From Octopus vulgaris (Eukaryota), in the NCBI GenBank assembly GCA_951406725.2, contig OX597834.1:10416001-10480000 (forward strand): 64,000 nt of DNA, given 5' to 3'. Below are positions 27,817-41,880 of the stretch, in pieces (within the stretch, counting starts at the first letter, position 1; every line of letters starts with the position of its first letter). The notes beneath the pieces were generated by a model. It saw only the letters and a list, made by a program, of their open reading frames with translations. It had not been told where the DNA came from and made no database searches. A program made the translations under genes and the position numbers.

Positions 27817-28180
27817 TCTCTCTCTATATAAACGGCAGTTTGTCTGTGCGTGTTTCTGTGTGTCTGTTTGCTTGTACCTTCACCCTGACCACGGCTTTCA
27901 ACCGATTCTGATGAAACTTGACACACACATAGCCCAATGTCATAATTCAAAACTAAAGCAGCGAAAATTTTGAAAAGTTCCCCAGTTCTGAAAAATCGAT
28001 AAATTCGACATGGGGTCCAGAATCAGAAACACAAACTGTCTAGGGGACGCAACTCCACCTTTTTAACTAAAAAAAAATTACCATCATTTTTTTCCATTTT
28101 TTTGCTATTTTTTGGCATAACTCTCTAAAAATGCTTTATAGTTATTTCCACAAACCTAGCAACGCCGGGCGATACTATAG
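27817..28180 (+). mobile_element. Non-autonomous Helitron, second family with shared 3' end
   Basis: TC start in (TA)n; ends agcaacgccgggcgatactatag|t. Body homologous to 4442-4746. Confidence 0.75.
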
Positions 28181-29182
28181 TATTATATATATACACACAC
28201 ACACATATATATATACATATATATCATATATATACACACACACACATATATATACATATATATTATATATACACACACACATATATATACATATATATTA
28301 TATATACACACACACACATATATATATATATATACATATATATATACACTCTCTCCGTCTCTCACTCTCTCTCATATATACACACGCATATATATGCATA
28401 CGATGTTTGTATTATATAACTTCAGGGGAATATATCAGAGCTAGACATCTGGGAATTGTACATGTAGGCGACTAGATTCCAATGAGCTAATACCACAAGA
28501 GTTAATCTGTGAAGTTCTATCATTTGCATAATTTATTTTTGTTATTTGTCTTTATTTTGTTACAATATGAAGCTAATTTAGGATGATCAACGATAATGCA
28601 AAGTTTGAAATTGCAGTAGTCTTTTTCATTATATGTTTGTTTTTTGTTTTTTTTTGGTTTGTGTATTGCTGCTTAGTTATCTCCGTTCTCATTAACGTAG
28701 CATAACCAAAACTTCTTCATACCGAAATTTCTTTCCATGATGAAGTATTTGATGAAAAGACTAAAATCTGCTTGACACATTAGTTTTGCTTTACCGAACA
28801 GACAAGATTTCATCAAAAAATCAAATTAATAAAACACAATATATCATACTAGATAGGTGATACTAACACTGTGAAGAATGTAACTCCACAGGGAGTCTAC
28901 GATCTCTGACGTTAACCGATTTGAGAATCTTCATATCGTTATTCTGTTAGAAATACCAGCCAAGCTGCAGCAAATTACACACCGCCACTTCATACTACAG
29001 GCGAATACAATACCAAGCAGTTTGCGTCAGAGAAATAACAATTTTCATTGCTGAAACAAGGTTTAATCGGCTGCATATTAGAAATAGATATAAAAAAGAA
29101 ATATAGTTTTTTTTTCTGTAAATCACTCATAAATGGTTGTCAGACTATGGTATATTTGTTACCTATGGTATAATTGTTAACT

Positions 29183-29571
29183 GTGGAGGCGCAATGGCCC
29201 AGTGGTTAGGGCAGCGGACTCGCGGTCGGAGGATCGCGGTTTCGATTCCCAGACCGGGCATTGTGAGTGTTTATTGAGCGAAAACACCTAAAGCTCCACG
29301 AGGCTCCGGCAGCTGGTGGTGGTGAACCCTGCTGTACTCTTTCACCACAACTTTCTCTCACTCTTTCTTCCTGTTTCTCTTGTACCTGTATTTCAAGGGG
29401 CCGGCCTTGTCACTCTCTGTGTCACGCTGAATCTCCTCGAGAACTACGTTAAGGGTACACGTGTCTGTGGAGTGCTCAGCCACTTACACGTTAATTTCAC
29501 GAGCAGGCTGTTCCGTTGATTCGGATCAACCGGAACCCTCATCGTCGAAACCAACGGAGTGCTCCTATACC
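29183..29571 (+). mobile_element. SINE family B
   Basis: TSD taattgttaact at 29171-29182 and 29572-29583. Confidence 0.9.
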
Positions 29572-29837
29572 TAATTGTTAACTACAAATTTGAATAAATC
29601 CAATATTTCGAAGTGTTTCAATGACTTCGGTATTTCCCTGGCTTGCCCGTATATTCTCCTTCACATTCACCACCGCCATGATCTCATCATGAAATTAGTC
29701 AACATAAAATTAGTGGCAATGCGATTTGACCTATATAACGAAGATGATGTTCATCAACTTTTCTACCATACAACCGGTATTCCGTCGGTTACGACGTTGA
29801 GGTTTCCAATGGACAACCACCAATTGTCTCGTAACAA

Positions 29838-30071
29838 ACTATTTCTTTATTACCCACAAGGGTTTAAACACAGAGGGGACAAACAAGGACAGACATAGGT
29901 ATTAAGTCGATTACATCGAATCCAGTGCATAACTGGTACTTAATTTATCGACCCCGAAAGGATGAAAGGCAAAGTCGACCTCGGCGGAATTTGAACTCAC
30001 AACGTAACGCAGACGAAATACCGCTAAGTATTTCGCCCGACGTCCTAACGTTTCTGCCAGCTCGCCGCCTT
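29838..30071 (-). mobile_element. SINE family C monomer
   Basis: 16-bp TSD aattgtctcgtaacaa at 29822-29837 and 30072-30087. Confidence 0.9.
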
Positions 30072-30617
30072 AATTGTCTCGTAACAACCACCAATTCCTT
30101 TGTACCTGCAACACACTTCTCTATTATCAATTGTCGAATTACCACTTTCATTCCCCCTACATCTTCCCAACTCATATCCCTATAAGCACAACTGAGCCTT
30201 TCTCTCTCGGCTGAAGAACCTAAATCAAAGACACACACACACACATACACACACAGCGCCTGCCTAATCCTCAACCTCTTCGACTTATTTTTATTCTTCC
30301 TGGAATATCAAACACCGCTCAAGTCTCAAATCATAAACTTTTGCTATACTCTACACTCCCTCACCGACAGTTGCCTCTAAGAAAGATAGGATCTCGTAGT
30401 ATACCATTATGATTCCTGGAGACTATGGGCCAAATCCTTCATCCGGTTGACCGCTTTTATCTCCAAATTTTTGTCTCACGGACAGCCTTCTTCTTTTCCT
30501 ATCCAGGTGTTTTTAACCTAATGTTTACACGTTATTATTTATAGAATTATTTGTTTCGTTATACACTGTTCTCATAAATATTTCACTTTCTCGAAGCTTC
30601 TAAATTCTTAGTTTTAT

Positions 30618-31012
30618 GGTGGAAGCAGTCCGTCGGTTACGACGATGAGGGTTCCGGTTGATCCAAATCAACGGAACAGCCTGCTCGTGAAATTAACGTG
30701 TAAGTGGCTGAGCACTCCACAGACACGTGCACCCTTAACGTAGTTCTCTGGGATATTCAGCATGACACAGAGAGTGACAAGACCGGCCCTTTGAAATACA
30801 GGTACAACAGAAACAGGAAGTAAGAGTGAGAGAAAGTTGTGGTGAAAGAGTACAGCAGGGATCACCACCATCCCCTGCCGGAGCCTCGTGGAGCTTTTTT
30901 TTTTTAGGTGTTTTCGCTCAATAAACACTCACAACGCTCGGTCTGGGAATCGAAACCGCGATCCTATGACCGCGAGTCCGCTGCCCTAACCACTGGGCCA
31001 TTGCGCCTCCAC
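30618..31012 (-). mobile_element. SINE family B
   Basis: TSD tcttagttttat at 30606-30617 and 31013-31024. Confidence 0.9.
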
Positions 31013-32164
31013 TCTTAGTTTTATAGTAGTTACACCAATAACCGTATCACTATTATCTCCGTTTGCTATTAACAATCAACATTCTACACAGTTTTCGGTC
31101 TGTACTACATTGATTTTGATATCACATTTTCCATCTTCAACCCCATATATCAACTTCCTGGAATCTCCTTCTTCACATCGTATTACTAAGTCTTTTTCCA
31201 CTGTGTAACATTCTAAAGATGAAAATTACATTTCGTCCTACTCACTATTGTCTCATATTTGCAATATGGTTTCCCTCGCAAAGCAATGCTTCTATGAAAC
31301 TCTTTTTTTTCATCGTTTTTCCTTCTATTTTTTTTGTAATGAGAACCAATCACTTTCGGAAACGTTGAACTCTCAAATGTTTACCCTTTTCAACCCAGAC
31401 TTAATCACCCATAATATTTGTCCTCTGTTATATTTAATTCTCGTAAAATATCCGATTCTCATGGATTGAATTTTTATTATAATTTTTTTTTTTTTTTGTA
31501 TGTTTAATCAATAATACTTTCATTGTTGATTTAGTTTGTTACGGGAAGGGTGTATTCCGGCTAATAAATAAACCAATAAATGGTAAAGGAAAATGAAACC
31601 ATGTTCGAAATTAACTACCGTATTTGCTATAGTAAATAAGAAAGAAAAAAGATAAATACAAACAAACGGTGTTATTCAGTTAATGTGTTTACTCTTACTA
31701 CGAATTTACTGCTCGTTTCGACTTTTTATACTCTATGCATTAAATATGACAATACTCACTGACCGCCATTTCATACTTGTCCGGAACTATAAAAATAATA
31801 TATCGCGAGTAATCACTTAATAACTTGTATTTTGTGGCTGCATTAGCTTTTGATGTTTCATGAATTATATATTCAAAGCACTCGCTCACCATCTATAGTG
31901 CGTGCTCGAAATCGTATATCACTGAAACGATTAGTATTTAAAAGTTTTGTGCAACCTATACTTAAGATATTAAAATAAGTAGAATCAGAATCAGATAGGG
32001 AAATAATAAATAAATGTATCACTAACAGTAAAGAAAATGTAAAATTACACTTAGCCCTTCTGGACTTCCGAAAATAAAATGCTACGAAACTTCCATTTAT
32101 GCGTTAAACTAATATATTATTAAAATTTGTCACTGCCTTGAAGCCTACATTTTATATCCTTGTT

Positions 32165-32188
<24 letters not shown>

Positions 32189-32195
<7 letters not shown>

Positions 32196-32501
32196 GAATT
32201 AGGGCATCTACGAGATACCACCATGCTGAAAATAGCAGCCATGATCTGACTCTAAAACCACCTTAAGTGTCCATATAGCAACACAGAGAGAAGACAGCAA
32301 TTTTCTACTAGTTTCATCTTGTCTCTGTTTTCTCTCCGTGTTGCTATATGGATACTGAAGGTGGTTTTAGAGTCAGATCATGGTTGCTATTTTCAGCATT
32401 GTGGTATATTATAGATACACTAATTTATAATTTTAATAATTATTTTTTCCATGCTAGCCACTTGATAAGATCGTTATTTTATTTTAAATTAACAATCTTA
32501 T

Positions 32502-32505
<4 letters not shown>
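32189..32505. mobile_element. Fold-back element in (TA)n (related copy at 58266-58460)
   Basis: ~32189-32302 is the imperfect reverse complement of ~32330-32433. Both copies end tcttatcctta followed by (TA)n. Confidence 0.7.
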
Positions 32506-32543
<38 letters not shown>

Positions 32544-32568
32544 TTGCATGTATGAATGTATATGTATG

Positions 32569-32599
<31 letters not shown>

Positions 32600-32603
32600 G
32601 TCT

Positions 32604-32647
<44 letters not shown>

Positions 32648-32785
32648 TTCGAACAACTATTTGTTTTACGAATGTTTAAATGTTGTTTTGTTTTTAAACA
32701 TACAAACTTACATATTTAAATGTTTTTTGAATGTAATCTAATTCTAAATTTCTTTTTTTCTTTCTTTCTCTGTTGACTTTTGCAG

Positions 32786-32956
32786 CAGCCATTCTGTACC
32801 GAAGTATCACAAGAGCTGAGAGTCGCTATTACTTGTTTGGGTTCATCTCGCAAAAATGGCAAGACAAAATCAGATGACGCTAGGCTAGACAACCATCAAC
32901 TCGTCCCTCTGACCTCTGGTCAGAATTCGTTTTTAACGAAGGACATGAACACATGA
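32786..32956 (+). CDS. Candidate terminal coding exon of an unidentified gene
   Basis: Long polypyrimidine tract and acceptor (ttttttctttctttctctgttgacttttgcag|CAG, NAGNAG). The phase-0 frame is open for 56 codons: QPFCTEVSQELRVAITCLGSSRKNGKTKSDDARLDNHQLVPLTSGQNSFLTKDMNT*. A shorter phase-1 frame (AILYRSITRAESRYYLFGFISQKWQDKIR*) is also possible. Unique sequence, followed by SINE-free DNA. No upstream exon confidently found. Confidence 0.5.
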   Translation, partial: QPFCTEVSQELRVAITCLGSSRKNGKTKSDDARLDNHQLVPLTSGQNSFLTKDMNT

Positions 32957-33240
32957 CAAAACGCCCAATGTATTACCTTAATATGATCCAAGAAGCGGTT
33001 CATAGTTTTTGCGGTCAAGACAAGTTGTCGAGTCGCATGAAATCGTACCCCGGTATCAATGCATTTTTTTCCTACTAATTATTACTGTGAAGACAAATTT
33101 AAACGCATCACCAAATTCTACTCAATTTTTTTTTGTTTTCTTTTCGGAACTAATGTTTACGAATTGAATTTCAAATCAAAATAAACCAAAACAATAAGGG
33201 AAAACAATTCAGACTGAGCAGAAAAAAATCATTTTCACAC

Positions 33241-33271
<31 letters not shown>

Positions 33272-35182
33272 CTATATATATATATATATAATTGAAAACT
33301 ATATACTTTTTCGATTATTACACGAATCATCCTCAAGTTTTTTTTTTGCTGGTATCCGATACGTACACACAAAAATCCTTTCGTTCAATAGTAACATAAC
33401 TATTGCAAATGAAATGATTTTACACAAAAATATTACTTGAATAAAAAATACAAAAAGCAAAACACACAGATACAAAAAAAAACAAAACAATATGACCAAA
33501 AAGACAAAAAAATATAAAGACAAATTTGACGATTAAGAAAAATCGAACGAAGTTTTTTGTAAATTTTCTCTTTGTATGATTAAAAAAAAAAAATAAAATA
33601 AAAATAAAACAGACAATTTCATTTTGAGAAGTGAATGATTTTAATACACTGATAATTGCATTTGTGGTTTAAAGAGTTTTGGACCAACAGTGCCTTAAGA
33701 CTGGCTGTTTGGATTGTCTTATTATACACACACACACATACACACGCAATCTGCCTGTTATTGTGAAACAGGATGCAGATCGTAATATTACAATGAGTTG
33801 TGATGGTCGCAAAATAAAAAACAAATTCAATTTTCAAATCAATTAACAAAACCAAAAAAAAATCCTGCATGCTGATTACGATAATTGAAATGAAATGTAT
33901 TTATTAGATTATAATTTTTTTTCAAATAGAATAGAAACAAAATTGTAAAGAAAGAAAATCTGAAAACAACTACTACTACAAGCAAACATGAAACTCTGTT
34001 GTGTATTATACAAACATGCACATATACACAAATAATCTTTTCTCCCTTTCTTTTATTTGTGTCTGTTGGACTGTTTTCTGTTATATTTTTCTGTGTATGT
34101 ATCAGTGTAACTCAGTACATGTGTATTCTCAGGTATGTTTGTGTGTATATGCATGTTCAAACATACTCCCTTACTATATCTCACTACAAAATATGTCCAT
34201 TTGCACTTGCGTGTATATTCTAAAAATGTAAGTATATATATTATATGTGTCTGTGTGTGTATTTCTACACTCATATATTGAGCATGAATTTCTTTTTCAA
34301 TAACAGACTGTATGAAACGTATGACGCAGATTGGTCAGCAACGGAACGATCATGCATACAAACGATAAGAATAAGACGATCATAAATGTTTGGACATATT
34401 TGCGAAGAAATGGAAAACAAGTATATATTACTAGACATTTTCAAAATAAAATTTGTTACGAATAAAATTTAATTACAAGCAAAAACAAGAGAAGAAAAAT
34501 TATGAGAATACACAAGTGAGACCATTAACAGAAAAGTGACTGTTTTGCAAAATGCTTTCTAAAGGAAGGAGAAAAAGAAAAGGAAAAACTAACGAAAAAA
34601 AAAAATTTACAACTTTTATACAAATGAACAGAACAAATTAATGGGCCAATTTAAAGACCTAAAAATTCTTAAATTCAAGGTCCAATGCTGAATACACGAA
34701 AGAAAACGAAAACTAAAGGAAACTCCACAAATTTCGCATACAGGTAAATGTATGGGAAAAAAGCGAAAAAAAAAAAAAAGACAGTTTTCTCCGGCAACCA
34801 AATTTTGTCAAAATTATGTGTGCGTGTGTCTTTTTTCTAAATACTTTTTGACGAATGCGTTGTTTTAAGCAAGAAAAACTACTACTTCCAATAACCATTT
34901 TCCACTTGATAAAATATCTTTCAAACAAAACTGCCCTAATCCCTCTTTTAATAGCTTTTTTTTTCAGAAAGGTAAATGAGAACGAAAGGCTTATAACCCT
35001 CCAAATTACTGTTCCAAAGGGGAAAAAAGAAGCGCAATTAGTGTAACAATTTTCCTCCTGTTTACTGCTTCTGGTATTATACCTTATTTTCATTACGCTC
35101 TATAACTCACTTTTACGTATGATATATACATATACAAATGTACACACAAACTTCTCGCAAAAGTACACACATATGCACACAT

Positions 35183-35234
<52 letters not shown>

Positions 35235-36320
35235 TTCAATACATAAATATACAGACATATAGATACATAAACAGAGATAAACCCACCACACACCTCCAAT
35301 ATATATATATATCCTTGTATCTATATCTATCTTATGCTATCAAATCAGCATCTAACAAAATATGCATTAGGAAGCAAAGCCGAAGTTACAAACGAAACAC
35401 AAGACATCTGAAATTAAATATGTAAAATACAACGCATAACAGAACAAATGAAATAGAGTAACGAAAGGAAGATGGTTATTAAATCCTTGATTGTAATATG
35501 AAAAGCTAAAGAAAAGTTTAATCTATACTGATTAAAAATCACGAGAATAAGAGAGAATGAATAAGTGAGACTGAGTGAAATATAAAATTTTTATCAACGA
35601 AATCTCAGTCAGATCTTCCTTTAGTACATGATATAATGTTTTAAACAAAATCTGCATATTGTATACAATAGAAAGTTATGTATACGACACAAACAGAAAC
35701 GATATGATATACAAGACAGGCATAATGCTGTTATCTGCTTTACATTCACAAGTAAAATACGTTTTTGTAATAACTTTAGTATAATCAAAATTACAAAATG
35801 AAAGCATAAACACATAATCAGTCAATCAATTAATCTATCAATCAATCACTCAGTCGATGTGTCTGTCAGTAAAATAGTTTACTTCAGATATTCACGAAAC
35901 ACTTCTATAATATATTATGTTATCTCGTTGCTTATAGCCCGACACTACATAATCCAAAATCATTTAATACACGTTAGTTTGTTGATTTGTTTTGTTTTTC
36001 AGTAGCAGCTCTCACCTGGCCCACTAGTTACAATTATCTATCAATGATGTCTTCCATATTCTAGTGTTAATTTCAGTTCGCTCATTCTTGCAACAACACA
36101 ATTGCAGAGGGGAAAATTAACAAAAGGTATGAAAACAGAATGGCAAATAAAAACGAAATGTGTGAATGTATTTTTTCTAACGATTGTAATGTAAACACTC
36201 AGTATAAAAGTCCCTCCACATCTTCTACGGAAATGGGTATTAACTAGGACAACATATATACATACAATCACACACCAACAATATTTTGAGGATACGACAG
36301 GGACAACCTGATTTTCAAAA

Positions 36321-36354
<34 letters not shown>

Positions 36355-36356
36355 AT

Positions 36357-36403
<47 letters not shown>

Positions 36404-37004
36404 CACATATATATATACCTATATATATATATGTATATATATATATATTAGAGATATAAAATATATAAATATATATATATATTCGTATAAAATTAGCGGG
36501 TATAACAATGAGAAACAGAGATTCAAAAAATACACGTGTGATAGAAATATATATTTAGTGAGTAATCAATATATATTCTAAATAAAATACACACACTGAC
36601 ATGTATACACTCACAAACAGTATGCATATATATATATATATGTATGTATGCATATATATATATATGTATATATGTGTGTGAGTGTAAATATAAATAAGCA
36701 GTAAACATAACATGAACATGTTTTTATACTTTTTCTTACTACATAATTAAATGTAGAATATCAACAATCTTTCGAAGAGGAAAATACGACTTACATATAG
36801 GAGGACATGTAAATTGAAAAGTGAAGTCACTTAAATGTAGCACTTATAACATAATATTAAAACATATTTTGCAATGCCATACCTGTAATATTATAGTTAC
36901 AGTAATATTGTAGTCATAAAAAATATATACATGTAATTAGAAAAATTAAAACATATAATTAAAACATCATAATTAAAATTATAAGAGAATTTATAAGTAG
37001 AATG

Positions 37005-37050
<46 letters not shown>

Positions 37051-37185
37051 TAATAAATCAGTTAGATAGATGTGTAAAAATCATACAACAAACTATATGG
37101 TATATCTGCTGAATGTCATTTTGCTATTTCATTGTCATATATGCGTGTATGAATATGTATGTATATGTGTATGTAAGTAAGTAAG

Positions 37186-37229
<44 letters not shown>

Positions 37230-37827
37230 AATGTACATGTATATATATATATATGTACATGTATATATATATATGTACATATATATATATATATGTACAT
37301 ATATACATACATGTTCATATATATATATATATGTACATATATCTATATATATGTATATATATATATATATACATATTACATTACTGTACAATATGCCTGA
37401 ACATCAACTTGTCTATATAAATATTATATTCAATACAAACATTATGAATTTAATTGATAGTTTCCTTATAATTGTCATAATTTTATAAAATATGCTTATT
37501 ATTATGATTATTTAAATATATTATAAATGTTATTATTATCATTAATATTAACATTATTATTATTTAAACATTTAAGTACTAGGACGAGTTATCAGAATAG
37601 AGAAACAAGATTAATTAGTTATTCAGCCACAAATATATCTTGTCACACAATCAATATATAATATCACACAGAGACAGAAACAAACAAACAAACACACACA
37701 CACACACGCCCTCCACAACACACACACATCTATATATATATATATATCCATATGTATGTACATATATGTATATCAGTGTATATATACAAAACAGTTTATC
37801 CATATATATAAGCTTATATGCATGTAC

Positions 37828-37883
<56 letters not shown>

Positions 37884-38230
37884 TATCACACAGGGACATA
37901 CGTATAGATTTTTACATAAGTATATGCTTATGCATTCAAGATTTGATCTTATATCAGTCTATATAAACATATATATATATACAAGGCCTACATGCATCTG
38001 TACTATTATTATTGTGCATTTAATTATAGGTAGTGTCTTTAATGAACATTATGTTTTAGAATTTTGTAATAACCCATAACAGAAAATACAATTCTATATT
38101 CTATAAAGAGGAAAAGCGCCTAGCTAGTTTTGTGATTTAGGAAATTAAATTGCATATCGTAATTTGTTATGATATTCGGAGGCATAAATCAACACACTAA
38201 CACATACAGCAACGCATTATAGACACTCAT

Positions 38231-38264
<34 letters not shown>

Positions 38265-38536
38265 ACATGTGTATGTATATCTGTATGTGTTTCTGTGCGT
38301 GTACACACATCACTATAATTTAGTAGGCATAACAATTATAACCTATTTTTACCTTTTTTAAAGTTAATAAATGTAGACTATAAAACTATAATTGCATTCT
38401 TTTAATTGTAAGATAGGTCCTCTCTCGTTGAGTAAATGCAGATTTAATAATTATACATACATACACACATATATATATTCATCCACATGTGTGTGTGATT
38501 ATATGAATATACCGGAAGGTAGGTAGATTCTCACAC

Positions 38537-38575
<39 letters not shown>

Positions 38576-38928
38576 CACATACATACACGTACATACACAT
38601 ATCTATACACACATATCTATATATATAATGCCTTGTTTGTCTAAGTTCCTAAGCATGTTTTTTTTCGTAGGTATATAAACCTAAAATGTTTTAGATTCAG
38701 GTTACTTATAGATAAACGTATCCACATAAATATGCGTTGATAAGAAGGCCCACTTCCAGTTAGAATAATTCGTTTTCTGATTCACAGCTTTGAACCTTAT
38801 ATAACTCATCTTCAAAGTGCTGATGACTTCGTGATGAAATTTTGTTGTGAGTGACATCAGTTTTCTGAGGACATTGAATAAGTACTTAGAATAGAAATAT
38901 TATGTTGTTATTAATTTTGTTAAACTGT

Positions 38929-38965
<37 letters not shown>

Positions 38966-41000
38966 TATTATTATTACTATTATTATTACTATTATTATTA
39001 TTATTGTTATTAATTTTATTATTATTATTATTATCATTATTATTAATTTTGTTGAAACTAATAATTTGTTGATACTCCTAATATAATCACCCATATAGAC
39101 GTACAGGATTTGAATGTATAAGCATAGATGGAAAGCATTTTGTAATGTATGTATATGTGACTATGAGCTAATACGAAATAAACCTGAACATCCCATATAT
39201 ATACATATATATTATACGTATACATGCATATATATATATATCATATATATAATCATATATATATATATATATATATATAAAATCATATATATATATATAT
39301 ATATAAAATCATATATATATATATATATATAATCATATATATATATATATATATATGTATAGTATTGATATATATAGTCAATATATGTGTAAATATATGT
39401 ACATACAAAACATATATGTCTCTATGCGTAGCTATCTATATACCTACCTGTATACAAATGCATATATATCTGTGTGCACACAAACGTATGTACATCAATA
39501 TATATGTACATGCATATGTCGAATTGTAAGTATATATGTATACATATATGTATGTATCCAAACACGTGAATTCATATGCATATGTATGTATATATTTATA
39601 TATATATGTTCTTATAAACATATATATGTATATACTTGTATCCATACATATATTACATACATATATACACTTGCACCGGCGGCGTCGTTCACAAATAACA
39701 ATTAGAAATGAGAAATACAATCATATTAATCCAATAATTAAAATATATATATACGAAAACCATGTTATAATTGAGTAAATAACGTTAAACATATATCAAC
39801 ATTGGAAGTGTTTATTATTACATTGTTATATCTATCACTGTTATTAATATTCTATTAATGATGAGCATTATTATAGCAATATTAATATATATATTAACAT
39901 AATGTATCCGAAATCAGCGTAGACAGTTTTGATTATTTTGCTTCAGTTGAATTATATTTTATGAAAAATTTTGGTTGTTTTTATTTAATTTTTTCTTCAT
40001 GGTTAGAAACTACAGTTTATCACAAATTTTTGTATTAACAACATAACAATTTCTTGTGAATCTCTTGAGTTTGTCTTCCTTTCGTTTATTATTATTATTA
40101 TTTTTATTATTATTATTATTATTATTATTACATTTACTATTATGATTATTGATATTACTTTTATGATAATTTTTTTTCTTTCGTTTTCATAAATAAGTTT
40201 TCCTTTTCTTGAGTTTGCTACTTGTCACACTTATTAGCTGGAATAAAGCTCTGAGCTAGGTGAACAAAATAAAATGCCAAATAATTTTTTTCCGTCATTA
40301 ATAAACATCGTGTTTGCTTTTGATTTCATATACCTTTGTTTATTTTTTTTCCATTTTCTTTTGTATGTGTTTGCTTCTGAGTAACTGTAACCAAGATAAG
40401 ACATTTCCAATTTCATGTTTTATATACAGTAAACTTTGTTGAATTAAAAGAAGTAAAAAATCAATTTCGTTACCTTTTCTTTACGTTAATGCTACCTAAT
40501 CCGTTTTCTCTTCTATCCTCTCAAGAATGTTATTTAAGCAATTGGATTATGAGTCAGGTAACATTTTCAGGTAATATATTCAGGTAATATTTTGTTATTT
40601 GTTTTCATTTCCGAAATTTTTATATATATATATATATATATATTTCTAATTTGTTTTATATTTAAAAAAAACAACACACGCACAAAATTAAAAAAAAAAC
40701 AGTCAGAAAAAAATTGAATGTGTCAGAAATATTTTTGTAATATTTGTAAGTGAAGTACCAACAATGGAATATGGTAAGAACAACAAGCGAGGGGTTACAA
40801 CGATGTGTGGTCCAGTTTCGATTCCCACCGTTCTTTTTTTTTTTTGAATAATTTTACATTTCTATCTATCTTTTTAGGAAAGCGACATTTTTTTTACATA
40901 CTCCTCACGTAAATATACTATCTTCGGATTTAACGATAAATAAACGCCATTGGATTGGCGGGACCGTTAAGTCTTAAACATAATTACTAGCAATATTTGT
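32957..41000 (+). other. Putative long 3' UTR / SINE-depleted region
   Basis: No copy of the three abundant SINE families between ~31020 and ~41320, whereas elsewhere they occur every 1-2 kb. Several AATAAA motifs (e.g. ~33592-33608, 34445, 34461). Extent is a guess. Confidence 0.35.
38929..39045. repeat. (TTA)n microsatellite
   Basis: Direct inspection. Confidence 0.95.
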
Positions 41001-41299
41001 TCCCGAAGATTGCCTTCAAATACCAAGTAGGCCATTTTAACCGAAACTCCGTCTTTTAAACACGTAAATCCTTTGAAATATTTTTGTACGCTAATAGTTT
41101 GATTTTTAATGATGTTGATACAATAAATTATTATATTAGAATTTAATATGTTATTCATAAGAGCACATGACACATTAGAACTCGTGCCCGCTCAAAGTGA
41201 AACATAAGATGCGTTCACTGGCGTAATATTAAAATTGTCGGTCTGTACCATTTTATTAGTAGCGAATTAGGAAATATGTATGATCGTTGAATTGCATGC

Positions 41300-41880
41300 T
41301 CATGATATTTGTTCAGTGAGCCATTACGTACCGAGTTCAAATTCCGCCGAGGTCGACTTTGCCTTTCATCCTTTCGGGGTCGATTACATAAGGACCAGTT
41401 ACGCACTGAGGTCGATATAATCACTTAATCCGTTTGTCTGTCCTTGTTTGTCCTCTCTGTGTTTAGCCCCTTGAGGGTAGTAAAGAAATAGGTATTTATT
41501 CAGTGTGCCGTTACGTTCCGAGTTCAAATTCCGCCGAGGTCGACTTTGCCTTTCATCCTTTCGGGGTCGATTAAATAAGTACCATTTACGCACTGGGGTC
41601 TATATAATCGACTTAACCCGTTTTTTCTGTCCTTGTTTGTCCCCCTCCGTGTTAAGCCCCTTGTGGATAGTGAAGAAATAGGTATTCGTTCAGTGTACCG
41701 TTACTTCCCGATTTCAAATTCCGCCGAGGTCGACTTTGCCTTTCATCCTTTTGGGGTCGATTAAATAAGTACCATTTACGCACAGGGGTCTATATAATCG
41801 ACTTAACCCGTTTGTCTGTCCTCTCTGTGTTTAGCCCCTTGTGGGTAGTAAAGAAATAGGCATTTGTTCATTGTCTTTAC
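41300..41880 (+). repeat. Three tandem ~185-bp units of the SINE family C body
   Basis: Units start at ~41305, ~41491 and ~41681, each joined at aagaaataggtatt. Confidence 0.9.

Noticed and set aside
38820-38845. CTGATGA...GAAA as a hammerhead
   Set aside because: No stem II can form between the boxes.
41300-41880. CRISPR-like array
   Set aside because: Units are ~185-bp SINE bodies without unique spacers, in eukaryotic DNA.
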